Shown here: piece by piece, positions 8,360 to 18,084 of the stretch
How the letters are laid out: each line of letters starts with the position of its first letter
Numbering within the stretch: position 1 is the stretch's first letter
Source: an uncultured Robiginitomaculum sp.
Lineage (GTDB): Bacteria; Pseudomonadota; Alphaproteobacteria; Caulobacterales; Maricaulaceae
NCBI GenBank assembly: GCA_964502015.1
Contig: CAZCUM010000018.1
Location: 24,666 to 48,665, forward strand
Direction of reading: 5' to 3'
DNA: 24,000 nucleotides
Position numbers and translations under genes: made by a program
The notes under the pieces: generated by a model
The model's input: the letters and a program-made list of their open reading frames with translations, nothing else
The model's database searches: none
What the model was told of the DNA's origin: nothing

Positions 8360-8704
8360 ATGCACGCCGCTATGAAATTTGAAATCACCATTCTGGATAC
8401 GCAAGAAAAATTTCTGTGCACATCCAAGGAGCATCTCCTGAAAGGCATGTCAAAAATGGGAAAGCGTGGCATACCGTCGGGGTGCCATGGGGGCGGATGT
8501 GGTGTTTGTAAAATTCAAATTTGTGCAGGCGAAGTCAGCAATCTGGTGATGAGCCGCACGCATGTGTCCCTAGAAGAAGAGAAACGCGGCATTGTCTTAG
8601 CTTGCCGTTCCTTTCCCAAGAAAAACATAGACCTAAAAGTTATCGGAAAACTTCAAGATAATATTGTCAAGACCATCGCCAAGAAAAAATACGGCTTTGT
8701 ATAA
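8360..8704 (+). CDS. dmpQ: XylT/DmpQ-type [2Fe-2S] ferredoxin (reactivates catechol 2,3-dioxygenase)
   Basis: 114 aa with GCHGGGCGVCK plus a distal Cys (LACRS). It lies immediately upstream of the C23O gene, as in the dmp and xyl operons. Confidence 0.85.
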   Translation: MHAAMKFEITILDTQEKFLCTSKEHLLKGMSKMGKRGIPSGCHGGGCGVCKIQICAGEVSNLVMSRTHVSLEEEKRGIVLACRSFPKKNIDLKVIGKLQDNIVKTIAKKKYGFV

Positions 8705-8738
8705 CCAAGGGAAATTTGCCAATTAAAAGGAGAAAATC

Positions 8739-9683
8739 ATGGCTGTGTTAAGAATAGGACATATTAATCTCAGAGTGCTGGATATGGAAGCAGCGCTTAA
8801 ACATTATATCAATGTTTTGGGGATGGATAAAGTCCACGAAGATAGTGATGGCAATATGTACCTGAAAGCATGGGATGAGTGGGATAAATATTCACTTATA
8901 CTCAGTGAATCTGATCGTGCGGGGATGAACCATATTGCCTACAAAGTAAAAGAAGATTCCGATCTGGATATGTATAAAAAACGGATAATCGAGTACGGAA
9001 TTGATGTTGAAGATATTGCCGCAGGTACTTTGGAATGTGTCGGTCGGGCAATTAAGTTTAACTTACCAAGTGGTCATGAATTTTATTTGTACGCAGAGAA
9101 GGAAGTCGTTGGTACAGCAGTCGGAAATACAAACCCTGATCCTTGGCCTGACGGTTTGAAAGGGGCGGGCGTTCATTGGCTTGATCATGCTTTGTTGATG
9201 TGTGAATTCAAACCTGAAGAAGGCATAAATAAGGTCGCTGAAACGACTGAATTTGCCTGCAATGTTTTAGATTTTTATCTTGTTGAGCAGGTTGTAGTTG
9301 GCCCAAAAGGGGCTTTTCAACTGGCAACATGGCTATCTTGCACCAACACGCCCCATGACCTTGCGCTTGTTGGCGGTCCGGTCCAGGGTTTTCACCATTG
9401 CGCATTTTTCCTTGATAGCTGGGAAGATGTACTCAAAGCTGCAGATGTTATGTCAAAAAACAGAACCAAAATTGATGTAACCCCGCAGCGGCACGGTATT
9501 ACGCGCGGATATACAATTTATTTCTTTGACCCGTCAGGAAACCGAAATGAAACATTTGGCGGGCTTGGGTATTTGGCGCAGCCGGATCGCCCGGTTGTAA
9601 CGTGGACCGAAGATGAATTAGGCGCGGGTATTTTTTATCATACGCGTGAATTGGTTGCCTCGTTTACAGACGTATATACGTAA
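8739..9683 (+). CDS. dmpB: Catechol 2,3-dioxygenase (extradiol, type I)
   Basis: 314 aa, collinear with XylE/DmpB ([10 protein letters not shown]..., [19 protein letters not shown]). Strong AGGAG RBS. Confidence 0.95.
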   Translation: MAVLRIGHINLRVLDMEAALKHYINVLGMDKVHEDSDGNMYLKAWDEWDKYSLILSESDRAGMNHIAYKVKEDSDLDMYKKRIIEYGIDVEDIAAGTLECVGRAIKFNLPSGHEFYLYAEKEVVGTAVGNTNPDPWPDGLKGAGVHWLDHALLMCEFKPEEGINKVAETTEFACNVLDFYLVEQVVVGPKGAFQLATWLSCTNTPHDLALVGGPVQGFHHCAFFLDSWEDVLKAADVMSKNRTKIDVTPQRHGITRGYTIYFFDPSGNRNETFGGLGYLAQPDRPVVTWTEDELGAGIFYHTRELVASFTDVYT

Positions 9684-9692
9684 GGGTTTTGC

Positions 9693-10142
9693 GTGGCGAA
9701 AAGTTATTTAAACAAACATGCCCTTACCTGTAAAGCGGCTGGCATAGCGGTCGAAGCTGCCATCGCTAAAGGGTTGGAACTTGGCTGTAATGTAAATGTG
9801 GCTGTTATCGATGACGGGGGTAATTTGCAGGCATTTTTACGTGGGGATGGAGCATTCTTGCCTTCCATCACCCTTGCGCAAGATAAAGCCTACACAGCGG
9901 CGGGCTTTGGCGTGTCCACGCAGGATTTTTATGACATGGTAAAAGACAACTCCCCCTTAAGAGATGGGATGTTGGCAGCCGAAAGACTGGTCTTATTTGG
10001 AGGCGGTCTTCCGATTGTTTTTGATGATGAAAGTATTGGCGGTATTGGGGTTTCAGGGGGCTCAGAAGAACAAGATATAGAATGTGCAATTGCCGGGCTA
10101 CAGGCAATAGGTGCGACAATAGGTAGGAAGGTGATAGCATGA
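9693..10142 (+). CDS. GlcG/HbpS-like (DUF336) protein of unknown role in the meta pathway
   Basis: 149 aa, GTG start. Family-typical segments are VAVIDDGGNLQAF, AQDKAYTAA and GGIGVSGG. Its stop overlaps the start of the HMS dehydrogenase gene (ATGA). Confidence 0.75.
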   Translation: MAKSYLNKHALTCKAAGIAVEAAIAKGLELGCNVNVAVIDDGGNLQAFLRGDGAFLPSITLAQDKAYTAAGFGVSTQDFYDMVKDNSPLRDGMLAAERLVLFGGGLPIVFDDESIGGIGVSGGSEEQDIECAIAGLQAIGATIGRKVIA

Positions 10143-11635
10143 GTTTAAACATTCTAAAAGCGGACAAGCAAAGCACAACCGTAACCATGAATTTCATAAA
10201 TGGTGAGTATTTGCAAAGTTCCACCGGGAAAACTTTTGAAAATATATCTCCAGTGGACGGCTCTCTTGTTTCAATAGTTCAAGAAGCTAGTAAAGCAGAT
10301 GTTACCCGCGCCGTAAGTGCGGCGCGTGCGGCTTTACGTGGCCCTTGGGCACACATGAGCATGGCTGAACGTAGCGATTTGCTCCATAAGGTAGCCGACC
10401 GTATTAATGAGCGTTTTGAGGACTTTCTGGTAGCTGAATGTGCGGACACAGGAAAACCGAGAGGCATGGCTTCTCATATTGATATTCCCCGAGGTGCCGC
10501 AAATTTCAAAGTTTTTGCCGATTTGATTAAAAATGTCCCTGAAGAGAGCTTTCATTTACATACACCAGATGGGTTAGGAGCGCACAATTATGCCCAGCGC
10601 TCGCCAAAAGGCGTCATAGCGGTCATATCGCCCTGGAATTTACCATTATTACTGATGACGTGGAAAGTCGGCCCTGCGCTGGCTTGCGGAAATACAGTTG
10701 TTGTCAAACCTTCCGAAGAAACCCCCCAGACAACATCATTACTTGGTGAAGTCATGAATGAATGCGGCGTTCCGCCGGGCGTCTTTAATGTTGTAAACGG
10801 ATTTGGCCCTGATAGTGCTGGTGCTTTCTTGACAGAGCATCCTGATGTTGATGCGATTACATTTACGGGCGAAACCCGAACCGGCGAAATTATTATGCGC
10901 GCTGCATCCGTAGGTTTACGCAATATTTCAATGGAGTGCGGCGGCAAAAATCCTGCGATTATATTTGATGACGCTGATATGGAAAAAGCTATTGAAGGTA
11001 GTTTGCGTTCTGCATTTATGAATTGTGGGCAGGTTTGCCTTGGCACAGAACGGGTATATGTACACAAAAGCCGTATGCAGGAATTTTCCGAACGACTTGC
11101 CAAAGAAGCCGCAAAGCTTGTTGTAGGTGCGCCAGATGCAAAAGGGGTGAATATGGGCCCGCTTATCTCCCATGAGCATCGCGATAAAGTTCTGTCATAT
11201 TATAAAAAAGCTGTTGAACAAGGTAGCGAGGTTATCTTGGGTGGCGGTGTTCCCGATATGGGTGATGCGCTTAATGGTGGAGCATGGATAGAACCCACAA
11301 TCTGGATGGGATCAAAACAAACAGATATAGTGGTGCAAGAAGAAATTTTTGGCCCGTGTTGCTCACTGCTGCCGTTTGAGGATGAAGAGGAAGTGATTGC
11401 TCTGGCAAATGATACGAAATACGGCCTTTGTGCTGCTGTCTGGACGGAAAACGGGTCACGGGCGCACCGTGTTTCTTCGCAACTTGATGTCGGAGTGGTT
11501 TGGGCTAATTCTTGGTTTTTACGTGATTTGCGCACGGCTTTTGGCGGGGCGAAGCAAAGTGGAATTGGTCGTGAGGGCGGCGTGCATGGGCTCGAATTCT
11601 ACACAGAGCTAAAAAACATTTGCATAAAACTTTAG
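10139..11635 (+). CDS. dmpC: 2-hydroxymuconic semialdehyde dehydrogenase (NAD+ aldehyde dehydrogenase family)
   Basis: 498 aa. The ALDH catalytic Glu (MECGGKNP) and Cys (NCGQVCLGTERV) motifs are present. Position in the operon fits. Confidence 0.9.
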   Translation: MSLNILKADKQSTTVTMNFINGEYLQSSTGKTFENISPVDGSLVSIVQEASKADVTRAVSAARAALRGPWAHMSMAERSDLLHKVADRINERFEDFLVAECADTGKPRGMASHIDIPRGAANFKVFADLIKNVPEESFHLHTPDGLGAHNYAQRSPKGVIAVISPWNLPLLLMTWKVGPALACGNTVVVKPSEETPQTTSLLGEVMNECGVPPGVFNVVNGFGPDSAGAFLTEHPDVDAITFTGETRTGEIIMRAASVGLRNISMECGGKNPAIIFDDADMEKAIEGSLRSAFMNCGQVCLGTERVYVHKSRMQEFSERLAKEAAKLVVGAPDAKGVNMGPLISHEHRDKVLSYYKKAVEQGSEVILGGGVPDMGDALNGGAWIEPTIWMGSKQTDIVVQEEIFGPCCSLLPFEDEEEVIALANDTKYGLCAAVWTENGSRAHRVSSQLDVGVVWANSWFLRDLRTAFGGAKQSGIGREGGVHGLEFYTELKNICIKL

Positions 11636-11643
11636 AGAAAAAA

Positions 11644-12417
11644 ATGAGTAAGCAAAATATTGATCTTGGTGACATGCTGTATGACGCCTTGTGCAAGGCT
11701 AGTCCGGTTGCGCCTCTCACAGATAAATATGATCTTAGCATCGATGATGCTTATGAAATTTCCTTGCAGATTTTAAAAAGACGGCAAGCTGCCGGGGAGG
11801 TCATCATTGGTAAAAAAATTGGTGTGACTTCGCAAGCCGTCATGAGCATGCTCGGCGTTAACCAGCCTGATTTTGGGTTTTTGACCAATAGGATGTTTGC
11901 ACAAGACAATATCATTGATACATCAAAAATGATTTCGCCAAAAGCCGAGGCAGAAATTGCCTTTTATTTGAAAGATGATCTCAAAGGCCCGGGAATTACG
12001 CCAAAGGACGTCCTTGCAGCTACCGAAAGCGTTGCCGCGTGTTTTGAGGTCGTAGATAGCCGCGTGAAAGACTGGAAAATAAAAATCCAGGACACAATTG
12101 CCGATAATGCGTCTTGTGGCGTATTTGTTGTGGGCGATATGAAACTGGATCCTCGCAATTTGGATTTGATAAATTGTAAAGCGGTGGTTACCAAGAACGC
12201 GAAACCACTTAGTGAAGGGGTTGGTTCGGCAACGCTTGGTTCGCCATTGAAATCCGTAGCCTGGCTTGCGAATACTTTGGGAGAACGGGGCATACCGTTG
12301 AAGGCGGGAGAAGTAATTCTATCGGGTTCACTGGTTCCTTTGGAAAGTGTTCAAGCCGGAGATGAAATGCATGTTCAAATAGAAGGTCTTGGCGATTGTA
12401 CCGCCAAATTTATATAA
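11644..12417 (+). CDS. dmpE: 2-oxopent-4-enoate (2-hydroxypentadienoate) hydratase
   Basis: Collinear with XylJ/DmpE ([47 protein letters not shown]). I prefer the ATG at 11644 (MSKQNIDL) over the TTG at 11620 given in the track. Confidence 0.85.
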   Translation: MSKQNIDLGDMLYDALCKASPVAPLTDKYDLSIDDAYEISLQILKRRQAAGEVIIGKKIGVTSQAVMSMLGVNQPDFGFLTNRMFAQDNIIDTSKMISPKAEAEIAFYLKDDLKGPGITPKDVLAATESVAACFEVVDSRVKDWKIKIQDTIADNASCGVFVVGDMKLDPRNLDLINCKAVVTKNAKPLSEGVGSATLGSPLKSVAWLANTLGERGIPLKAGEVILSGSLVPLESVQAGDEMHVQIEGLGDCTAKFI

Positions 12418-12421
12418 AATC

Positions 12422-13363
12422 ATGAGGAATAAAATAAAAGTAGCGGTACTTGGGTCTGGTAATATCGGTACAGACTTGATGATAAAAGTCATGCGAATGT
12501 CTACCGTTTTAGAGATGGGCGCCCTGGTCGGAATTGATCCAAAATCAGATGGTATAGCGCGCGCTAAACGGTTGAATGTGGCAACATCCCATGAAGGCCT
12601 TGACGGTTTAACGAAAATGCCCATTTGGCAAGATATAGATATCGTATTTGATGCAACATCTGCAGGCGCACATCAACAGCATCATAAAATTTGTCAGCGC
12701 GATTCAAAACAAATGATAGACCTGACACCAGCCGCCATTGGCCCCTATTGCGTGCCTGTTGTGAATATGGAACAGCATTTGCAAGAAACAAATGTGAATA
12801 TGGTAACGTGCGGAGGGCAAGCAACGATTCCAATGGTTCATGCTGTTGCGCGCGTTTCGGATAGCGTCCCCTATGCTGAAATTATAGCTTCTATATCTTC
12901 AAAATCGGCAGGCCCGGGCACACGGGCAAATATTGATGAATTTACAGAAACGACGTCACGCGGGATTGAAACCGTTGGCGGTGCAAAAAAGGGGAAAGCC
13001 ATTATCGTATTGAACCCTGCGGAGCCGCCAATGCTGATGCGCGATACAGTATATGCTTTTTCCGTAGGAGGACGGGAAGAAGAAATCACGAAATCTGTCT
13101 TGGAAATGGAGAAAGAAATTCAATCCTATGTACCCGGTTACAGGTTAAAGCAAGAGGTGCAATTTGAACGTTTTGGGGCAAACCGTCCTTTGAAAATACC
13201 TGGCCTGGGTGAATATGAAGGTTTGAAATGTTCTATTTTCATCGAAGTGGAAGGGGCTGCGCACTACCTGCCCGCCTATGCGGGAAACCTTGATATTATG
13301 ACGTCGGCAGGCATGGCGACAGCGGAGCGGATTGCAAGGCTTAGATATGGGGCAAGCCCATGA
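12422..13363 (+). CDS. dmpF: Acetaldehyde dehydrogenase (acylating)
   Basis: N-terminal Rossmann motif [14 protein letters not shown] and catalytic Cys context [10 protein letters not shown] prefer the ATG at 12422 over the TTG at 12389. Confidence 0.95.
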   Translation: MRNKIKVAVLGSGNIGTDLMIKVMRMSTVLEMGALVGIDPKSDGIARAKRLNVATSHEGLDGLTKMPIWQDIDIVFDATSAGAHQQHHKICQRDSKQMIDLTPAAIGPYCVPVVNMEQHLQETNVNMVTCGGQATIPMVHAVARVSDSVPYAEIIASISSKSAGPGTRANIDEFTETTSRGIETVGGAKKGKAIIVLNPAEPPMLMRDTVYAFSVGGREEEITKSVLEMEKEIQSYVPGYRLKQEVQFERFGANRPLKIPGLGEYEGLKCSIFIEVEGAAHYLPAYAGNLDIMTSAGMATAERIARLRYGASP

Positions 13364-14427
13364 GTGAAAACATAAATACAGGGCGAATTAATGACCCCAA
13401 AAGCGAAAAACTATACATTCAGGACGTAACATTACGTGACGGTATGCATGCCATTCGCCATCAATATAGTCTTGACCATATTGAAAAAATTGCGAGCGCA
13501 TTGGACGCGGCGGGCGTTGATGCAATAGAAGTTGCGCACGGGGACGGTATAGCCGGATCGAGCTTTAATTATGGCTTTGGCGCACATACGGACTGGGAAT
13601 GGATTGAAGCGGCCGCAAACTCAGTTAAAAAGGCAAAAATTGCTACGCTTTGCTTGCCGGGTATCGCGACAGCAGATGAACTCCGTCACGCACATAGCCT
13701 GGGTGTAACGAGTGTACGAATTGCTACGCACTGCACAGAAGCTGATATAGCTAGACAACATATTGGGATTGCCCGTGACCTTGGAATGGACACGGTTGGC
13801 TTTTTAATGATGAGCCATATGATCGAACCGGATCACCTCGCCCAGCAAGCAAAATTGATGGAAAGTTATGGCGCTGAATGTGTATATGTCACGGACAGTG
13901 GTGGTGCCCTTAATATGGATGGGTATAAGGCTCGGTTGCAGGCTTATGACAAAGTATTAAAACCGGAAACAGAGCGCGGTGTTCATGCACATCATAATTT
14001 ATCACTGGGGGTAGCAAATTCAATTGTTGCTGTCCAAAACGGTGCGCGGCGTGTTGATGCGAGTTTGGCGGCTATGGGCGCAGGGGCCGGTAATGCGCCT
14101 TTGGAAGTGTTTATTGCCGCAGCGGATAAAATGGGGTGGAAGCATGGCTGTGATGTATTCAAACTTATGGACGCCGCTGAGGAATTAGTCCGCCCACTCC
14201 AAGACAGGCCGGTGCGGGTTGACCGTGAAACATTATCATTAGGGTATGCAGGTGTTTATTCATCGTTTTTACGCCATTCAGAAACCGCTGCTGAAACTTA
14301 CGGGCTTGATACCCGCGACATTCTTGTGGAGCTTGGCCGTCGACGCATGGTTGGCGGCCAGGAAGATATGATTGTTGATGTCGCCCTAGACATTGTAAAG
14401 AAAAGAGAAGGATATAAAAATGACTGA
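13360..14427 (+). CDS. dmpG: 4-hydroxy-2-oxovalerate aldolase
   Basis: 355 aa with [10 protein letters not shown] and [13 protein letters not shown] motifs. Its start overlaps the dmpF stop (ATGA), consistent with the known DmpFG complex. Confidence 0.95.
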   Translation: MSENINTGRINDPKSEKLYIQDVTLRDGMHAIRHQYSLDHIEKIASALDAAGVDAIEVAHGDGIAGSSFNYGFGAHTDWEWIEAAANSVKKAKIATLCLPGIATADELRHAHSLGVTSVRIATHCTEADIARQHIGIARDLGMDTVGFLMMSHMIEPDHLAQQAKLMESYGAECVYVTDSGGALNMDGYKARLQAYDKVLKPETERGVHAHHNLSLGVANSIVAVQNGARRVDASLAAMGAGAGNAPLEVFIAAADKMGWKHGCDVFKLMDAAEELVRPLQDRPVRVDRETLSLGYAGVYSSFLRHSETAAETYGLDTRDILVELGRRRMVGGQEDMIVDVALDIVKKREGYKND

Positions 14428-15187
14428 TATTAATGCAATAGCAAAAATTGTTGATGAAGCTGCTCGAACGGGTACAGCTATCCCCCAATTGTCCGAAAGC
14501 GGTTATGGGATTTCACTGGATGAGGCCTATCAAGTGCAGGCTGCGTCAATGGAGCGACGGTATGCACGCGGTGAAAAATTAATCGGTATTAAAATGGGGT
14601 TTACCTCAAAAGCAAAACAGGTGCAAATGGGCCTTGATGATGAAATTTGGGGACGTTTAACGGATAAAATGCGGCTGGAAAATGGCAGTAAAATTAAAAT
14701 AGATGCTTATGTACATCCACGCTTTGAGCCGGAACTCGCCTTTCGCATAAAGCATGATATACAGGGTATAATTACACGCGCAGAAGCTTTTGAGGCAATT
14801 GAAGCTGTAGCACCGGCCATTGAAATCATTGATAGTCGTTACATGAACTTTAAGTTCAACCTCCCTGATGTTGTGGCTGATAACTCGTCTTCTTCTAGTT
14901 TTGTTGTTGGTGAATGGGTCGATCCAAACATGGATTTTGGTGATTTGCAAATGGTACTACAAATCAACGGGAACACTGTGCAAGAAGGTAGCAGTAAGGC
15001 TATTTTAGGTGATCCGGTTGAAGCACTTGTCGCTGGTTCCCGTCTTGCGGATACGGCCGGAATTATCTTGAAAAAAGGATATGTTGTGATGGCTGGAGGT
15101 GCGACAGCTGCTCATGCACTCGCGAAAGGTGACAAGGCTCGTAGCTGTGTTGAAAATATGACTTGGCCTCATTTCTCTGTTGTCTGA
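14420..15187 (+). CDS. dmpH: 4-oxalocrotonate decarboxylase (FAH-fold paralog of the hydratase)
   Basis: 255 aa with IGIKMGFTS and [26 protein letters not shown], as in XylI/DmpH. It overlaps the dmpG stop by 8 nt. The last 11 residues ([11 protein letters not shown]) differ from the GLGxV...F ending seen in the paralog at 11644-12417. Confidence 0.85.
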   Translation: MTDINAIAKIVDEAARTGTAIPQLSESGYGISLDEAYQVQAASMERRYARGEKLIGIKMGFTSKAKQVQMGLDDEIWGRLTDKMRLENGSKIKIDAYVHPRFEPELAFRIKHDIQGIITRAEAFEAIEAVAPAIEIIDSRYMNFKFNLPDVVADNSSSSSFVVGEWVDPNMDFGDLQMVLQINGNTVQEGSSKAILGDPVEALVAGSRLADTAGIILKKGYVVMAGGATAAHALAKGDKARSCVENMTWPHFSVV

Positions 15188-15499
15188 CGTCAGCGCTTGT
15201 GAGCGTGGACTTGTCCCGGTTTGTATCCTGACTTGTTAGTCTGGGGAAAAGTTTAAGCTGTGATATGAGACACACAGGTGAAAACATGGGAACAAACATT
15301 AAATGCCACCCCTTGCGCAAGGAAGTCTTAGCAGAAATTCATGCACGGCCCTAGGGAACCAACCAGACAGCAGGGTGACAGGCCTTTCGGACATTTGCTG
15401 ATCTTTACTTGGGGGCTGGGAAATTACCCGCTCCTCTGATTCGACTAAGTCATTGAAATATACGGTAATACCCCCATATTTAGGGGTACTCATAAGTAG

Positions 15500-16249
15500 A
15501 ATTTTCTCGTAAGCAAAAAGCGCGTCACAAACCGCGTTAATATCGGTCAAGACTTCATTCTTCGAGGGGCTGTTGTTTGCGGCGATTGCGGACACGCGCT
15601 CACGGCGGCGTGGAGCACCAGCAAGTCGGGTAAGAAGCATCCTTATTATCTGTGCCACAAGAAGGGCTGTGCAAGCTACAGAAAGTCCATTAGGCGCGAT
15701 AAGATTGAAGGTGAGTTTGTGGAGCTACTGAAAGCCTTACAGCCAACCCGCCAGCTCGTTGATATTGCGGGCAAGATGTTCAAAGACCTGTGGGACTTTC
15801 AAAGACTATCTAATGCCCAGCGCACCCAGCGCCTTAAAGCGCAAATCACAAAGATTGACACCGATATGTCCAAGCTAGTCGATAGGCTTATTGAGACAGA
15901 GAACACACTTGTGGTTCAAAAGATTGAGGATAAGTTAGACGGTATGGAGCAAAATAAGCTCGCAATCGTCCAAAAATGTGAGAATTTAGGCAAACCCAGA
16001 CGTAGCTTTAGCGAAATGTTCGAACACGCTTTGAGATTCCTCTCAAACCCTTGGAATATATGGGAAAATGGGTCTTTCCTAGACCGCCGTAATGTCCTTA
16101 AATTAGCCTTTACAGGCCAGATACCCTATACCCGCGAAAACGGGTTTTCGAACACCAAAATATCGTTACCTTTCAAGGTCTTAGGTAGATTTGAAAGCAC
16201 TGAAAAAGTAATGGCGCACTGGGGAGGATTCGAACCCCCGACCCCTTGA
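15500..16249 (+). pseudogene. Large serine recombinase remnant: zinc-ribbon and coiled-coil C-terminal part only, with no resolvase catalytic domain
   Basis: My own translation upstream of the track ORF in the same frame gives ...NIGQDFILRGAVVCGDCGHALTAAWSTSKSGKKHPYYLCHKKGCASYRKSIRRDKIEGEFVELLKAL.... This is the Cys4 zinc beta-ribbon typical of large serine recombinases. The frame is closed by TAG at 15497-15499, and no resolvase-domain coding is recognisable upstream. The last 12 codons (MAHWGGFEPPTP*) are antisense to the tRNA 3' end. Confidence 0.8.
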
Positions 16250-16288
16250 TTCGTAGTCAAGTACTCTATCCAACTGAGCTACCAGTGC
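16212..16288 (-). tRNA. tRNA-Arg (anticodon ACG), 77 nt, CCA encoded
   Basis: Manually folded: GCACTGG-TA-GCTC-AGTTGGATA-GAGT-A-CTTGA-CTACGAA-TCAAG-GGGTC-GGGGG-TTCGAAT-CCTCC-CCAGTGC-G-CCA. All four stems pair, with one G-U pair each in the D and T stems. Confidence 0.95.
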
Positions 16289-16636
16289 GTACTGCTAGAG
16301 CGAGAAGCGCCTTAAACCTGATTTATTGTTCAATTGCAAGCGCCTTTTGTATAAACGGTGTTTTTTTGCCTTTCCTTGGTTTGCGGCCTGATATCCGCCA
16401 CGCTCAGCGGTCATATTTACGCATCTGTTTATTAAATTGGCGCTGCTCCCAACTGGCACCCAAAAGACCGTCAACTGTGAATAGTGCAAATACCAGCACC
16501 AGGGCAATAGACCAGGGAATTACCACCAAAACGATCCAGAAATAGTCAGGGGGTGTTTGATATGCAGGACGGGGGCAACGACCCCGCGCTTATAAAAAAT
16601 CACAGACGATTTATCCAGTTTGACCTGCGAAAGTGT

Positions 16637-16972
16637 TTAAACCGCCCGGTATATTTGCGCTTCGATGATTTCGCCGTTTTCCAGCTTGGCTCGAATAGGG
16701 ACGCGCCTATAGTCTTTGCCCTCGAATTTGTCCAGTCTGGCCCAGTGTTTGGGGAGATCGTTTGAGATGAACACCAGGCCGTTTACGATGTCGCCGTTTG
16801 CGTCTGGGATGAAGCCCGGATGACCTTTGTGGGTACCCCAACCTTTGTTGTGACGCTTGCCGCGCACTGATGCTTTATGCCATTCGCCAACCATGCCGTC
16901 CATGATATGGGCGTTCTCCTCGCCCGGCGCCAAAGTCCCGTAGACAAATAAAACCGTGTTCATTGCAGGCAT
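16637..16972 (-). CDS. Gamma-glutamylcyclotransferase-like (AIG2/GGACT family) protein
   Basis: 111 aa with an N-terminal VLFVYGTLAPGE motif and overall AIG2-like length. The second ATG (16963) has the better AGGA RBS spacing, so the start is uncertain by 3 codons. Confidence 0.75.
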   Translation of the reverse strand: MPAMNTVLFVYGTLAPGEENAHIMDGMVGEWHKASVRGKRHNKGWGTHKGHPGFIPDANGDIVNGLVFISNDLPKHWARLDKFEGKDYRRVPIRAKLENGEIIEAQIYRAV

Positions 16973-17013
16973 CCTATATTGATCGGGTTGGACATCACAA
17001 GGCTAACTCATTA

Positions 17014-17961
17014 TTATTTCTTGACCACATCAACCCGGTCGATGAGCGGCAAAAGATCAATTGCTGGCAAAGGCGCACGGCCCTTGTTGGCACCGGAAAT
17101 GAGCAATAAGAGCAGGTTTAGAAACCCGGTTTGAATGAGAATAATCAACAAGAGACCAATAGCGGTGGAGAACCAGCCCGGAGAAGCCATGCCGAGAGCT
17201 TTGAGGATAACGGCCATTAATATGGCCCAAAGCGCACCAAGCATCAGCACAAAACAAAAAATCCCGACCCGCACCAAAACATCTTCGCCAAACACCATGA
17301 CGGCACGCATTCCGTGCAAAACCAAGCCGGCAAAATTCATCTTTGATTGGCCCTTATAACGCTTGCCCCGGTCGAGGGGCAGGTGAACCAAACGTAGTTT
17401 TGACAATATGGCCGTACCAGCCAAATGCAACCAAAGCTCATTCATGGCGGCGATTCGCGCTACGCCCTTTTGCGTCAACGCCATGAAATTGCCAAACCCC
17501 ACGGGCTTGCCGGTCAGGGCCTTGAACACCAATCTATACAGTACATAAAAAAGCTTGAACTCCAGTGTTTCGTGGCGGGCTTTACGGGTGGCGACCACCA
17601 CATCGGTTTTCGCATCCGCCAGCAATGTCAACATTTGCGGGATGCTGTCGGGCTTGTCTTCGCCGTCGCTGTCCATGACCACTGTTTGTTTTGCGCTATA
17701 ATGTGTATCGAGATAAATCAATCCGGCCGCTATAGCTCGCTGGTGCCCCATATTGCGTTTAAGGTGGACAATCACCCCGTCCACACCCGCATCTTTAAAA
17801 TCTTTCGGGCGTAGCGGTTCGGATATACTGCCGTCCTCAATTGCAAATATAGTGAATTTTTGCCCCACTTGCTCTTTCAGATGTTTGAACAATTCCCGTG
17901 CCGCATCTCTGTCTTCATAGACGGGCATGACGATTGCCAAATTTATTTTTGTTTTGGTCAT
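17014..17961 (-). CDS. Family 2 glycosyltransferase, polyprenyl-phosphate sugar transferase type (GtrB/ArnC/DPM1-like)
   Basis: 315 aa. N-terminal GT-A fold (LAIVMPVYEDRD, IEDGS, VMDSDGEDKP with DxD) plus two C-terminal TM helices. Confidence 0.85.
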   Translation of the reverse strand: MTKTKINLAIVMPVYEDRDAARELFKHLKEQVGQKFTIFAIEDGSISEPLRPKDFKDAGVDGVIVHLKRNMGHQRAIAAGLIYLDTHYSAKQTVVMDSDGEDKPDSIPQMLTLLADAKTDVVVATRKARHETLEFKLFYVLYRLVFKALTGKPVGFGNFMALTQKGVARIAAMNELWLHLAGTAILSKLRLVHLPLDRGKRYKGQSKMNFAGLVLHGMRAVMVFGEDVLVRVGIFCFVLMLGALWAILMAVILKALGMASPGWFSTAIGLLLIILIQTGFLNLLLLLISGANKGRAPLPAIDLLPLIDRVDVVKK

Positions 17962-18084
17962 AAGGTGCTCATGGGGATACTCATGGTGATACTTATAGGC
18001 ATACGTATAGCCGTTATTGTTTTGGTGTTTATAAACCGATCTTGGTTAACAGAAAATTGTAAGTCTTGCGATATCTGATAAATT

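Noticed and set aside
15188-15290. Search for a 4-oxalocrotonate tautomerase gene (about 63 aa, MPIAQ... start) after dmpH
   Set aside because: I translated all three forward frames by eye. No Pro-1 tautomerase-like ORF is present, so the gene is absent rather than merely missed by the 60-aa track cutoff.
15299-15658. 119-aa minus-strand ORF
   Set aside because: It is antisense to the serine recombinase zinc-ribbon coding remnant and to junction debris. It has no recognisable features.
16404-16529. Small minus-strand ORF encoding one TM helix (...VVIPWSIALVLVFALFTVDGLLGASWEQRQFNKQMRKYDR*) between the GGCT-like gene and the tRNA
   Set aside because: The hydrophobic helix plus basic tail looks protein-like. 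But the frame has no ATG, only internal TTG/GTG candidates, and I saw no clear RBS. This is too weak to call without homologs.
16246-16545. ORFs 16246..16545(+) and 16295..16507(-)
   Set aside because: The first overlaps the tRNA-Arg gene and both overlap its upstream promoter region. Their sequences are unrecognisable.
16553-16765. 70-aa plus-strand ORF
   Set aside because: Much of it (16637-16765) is antisense to the well-supported GGCT-like gene.
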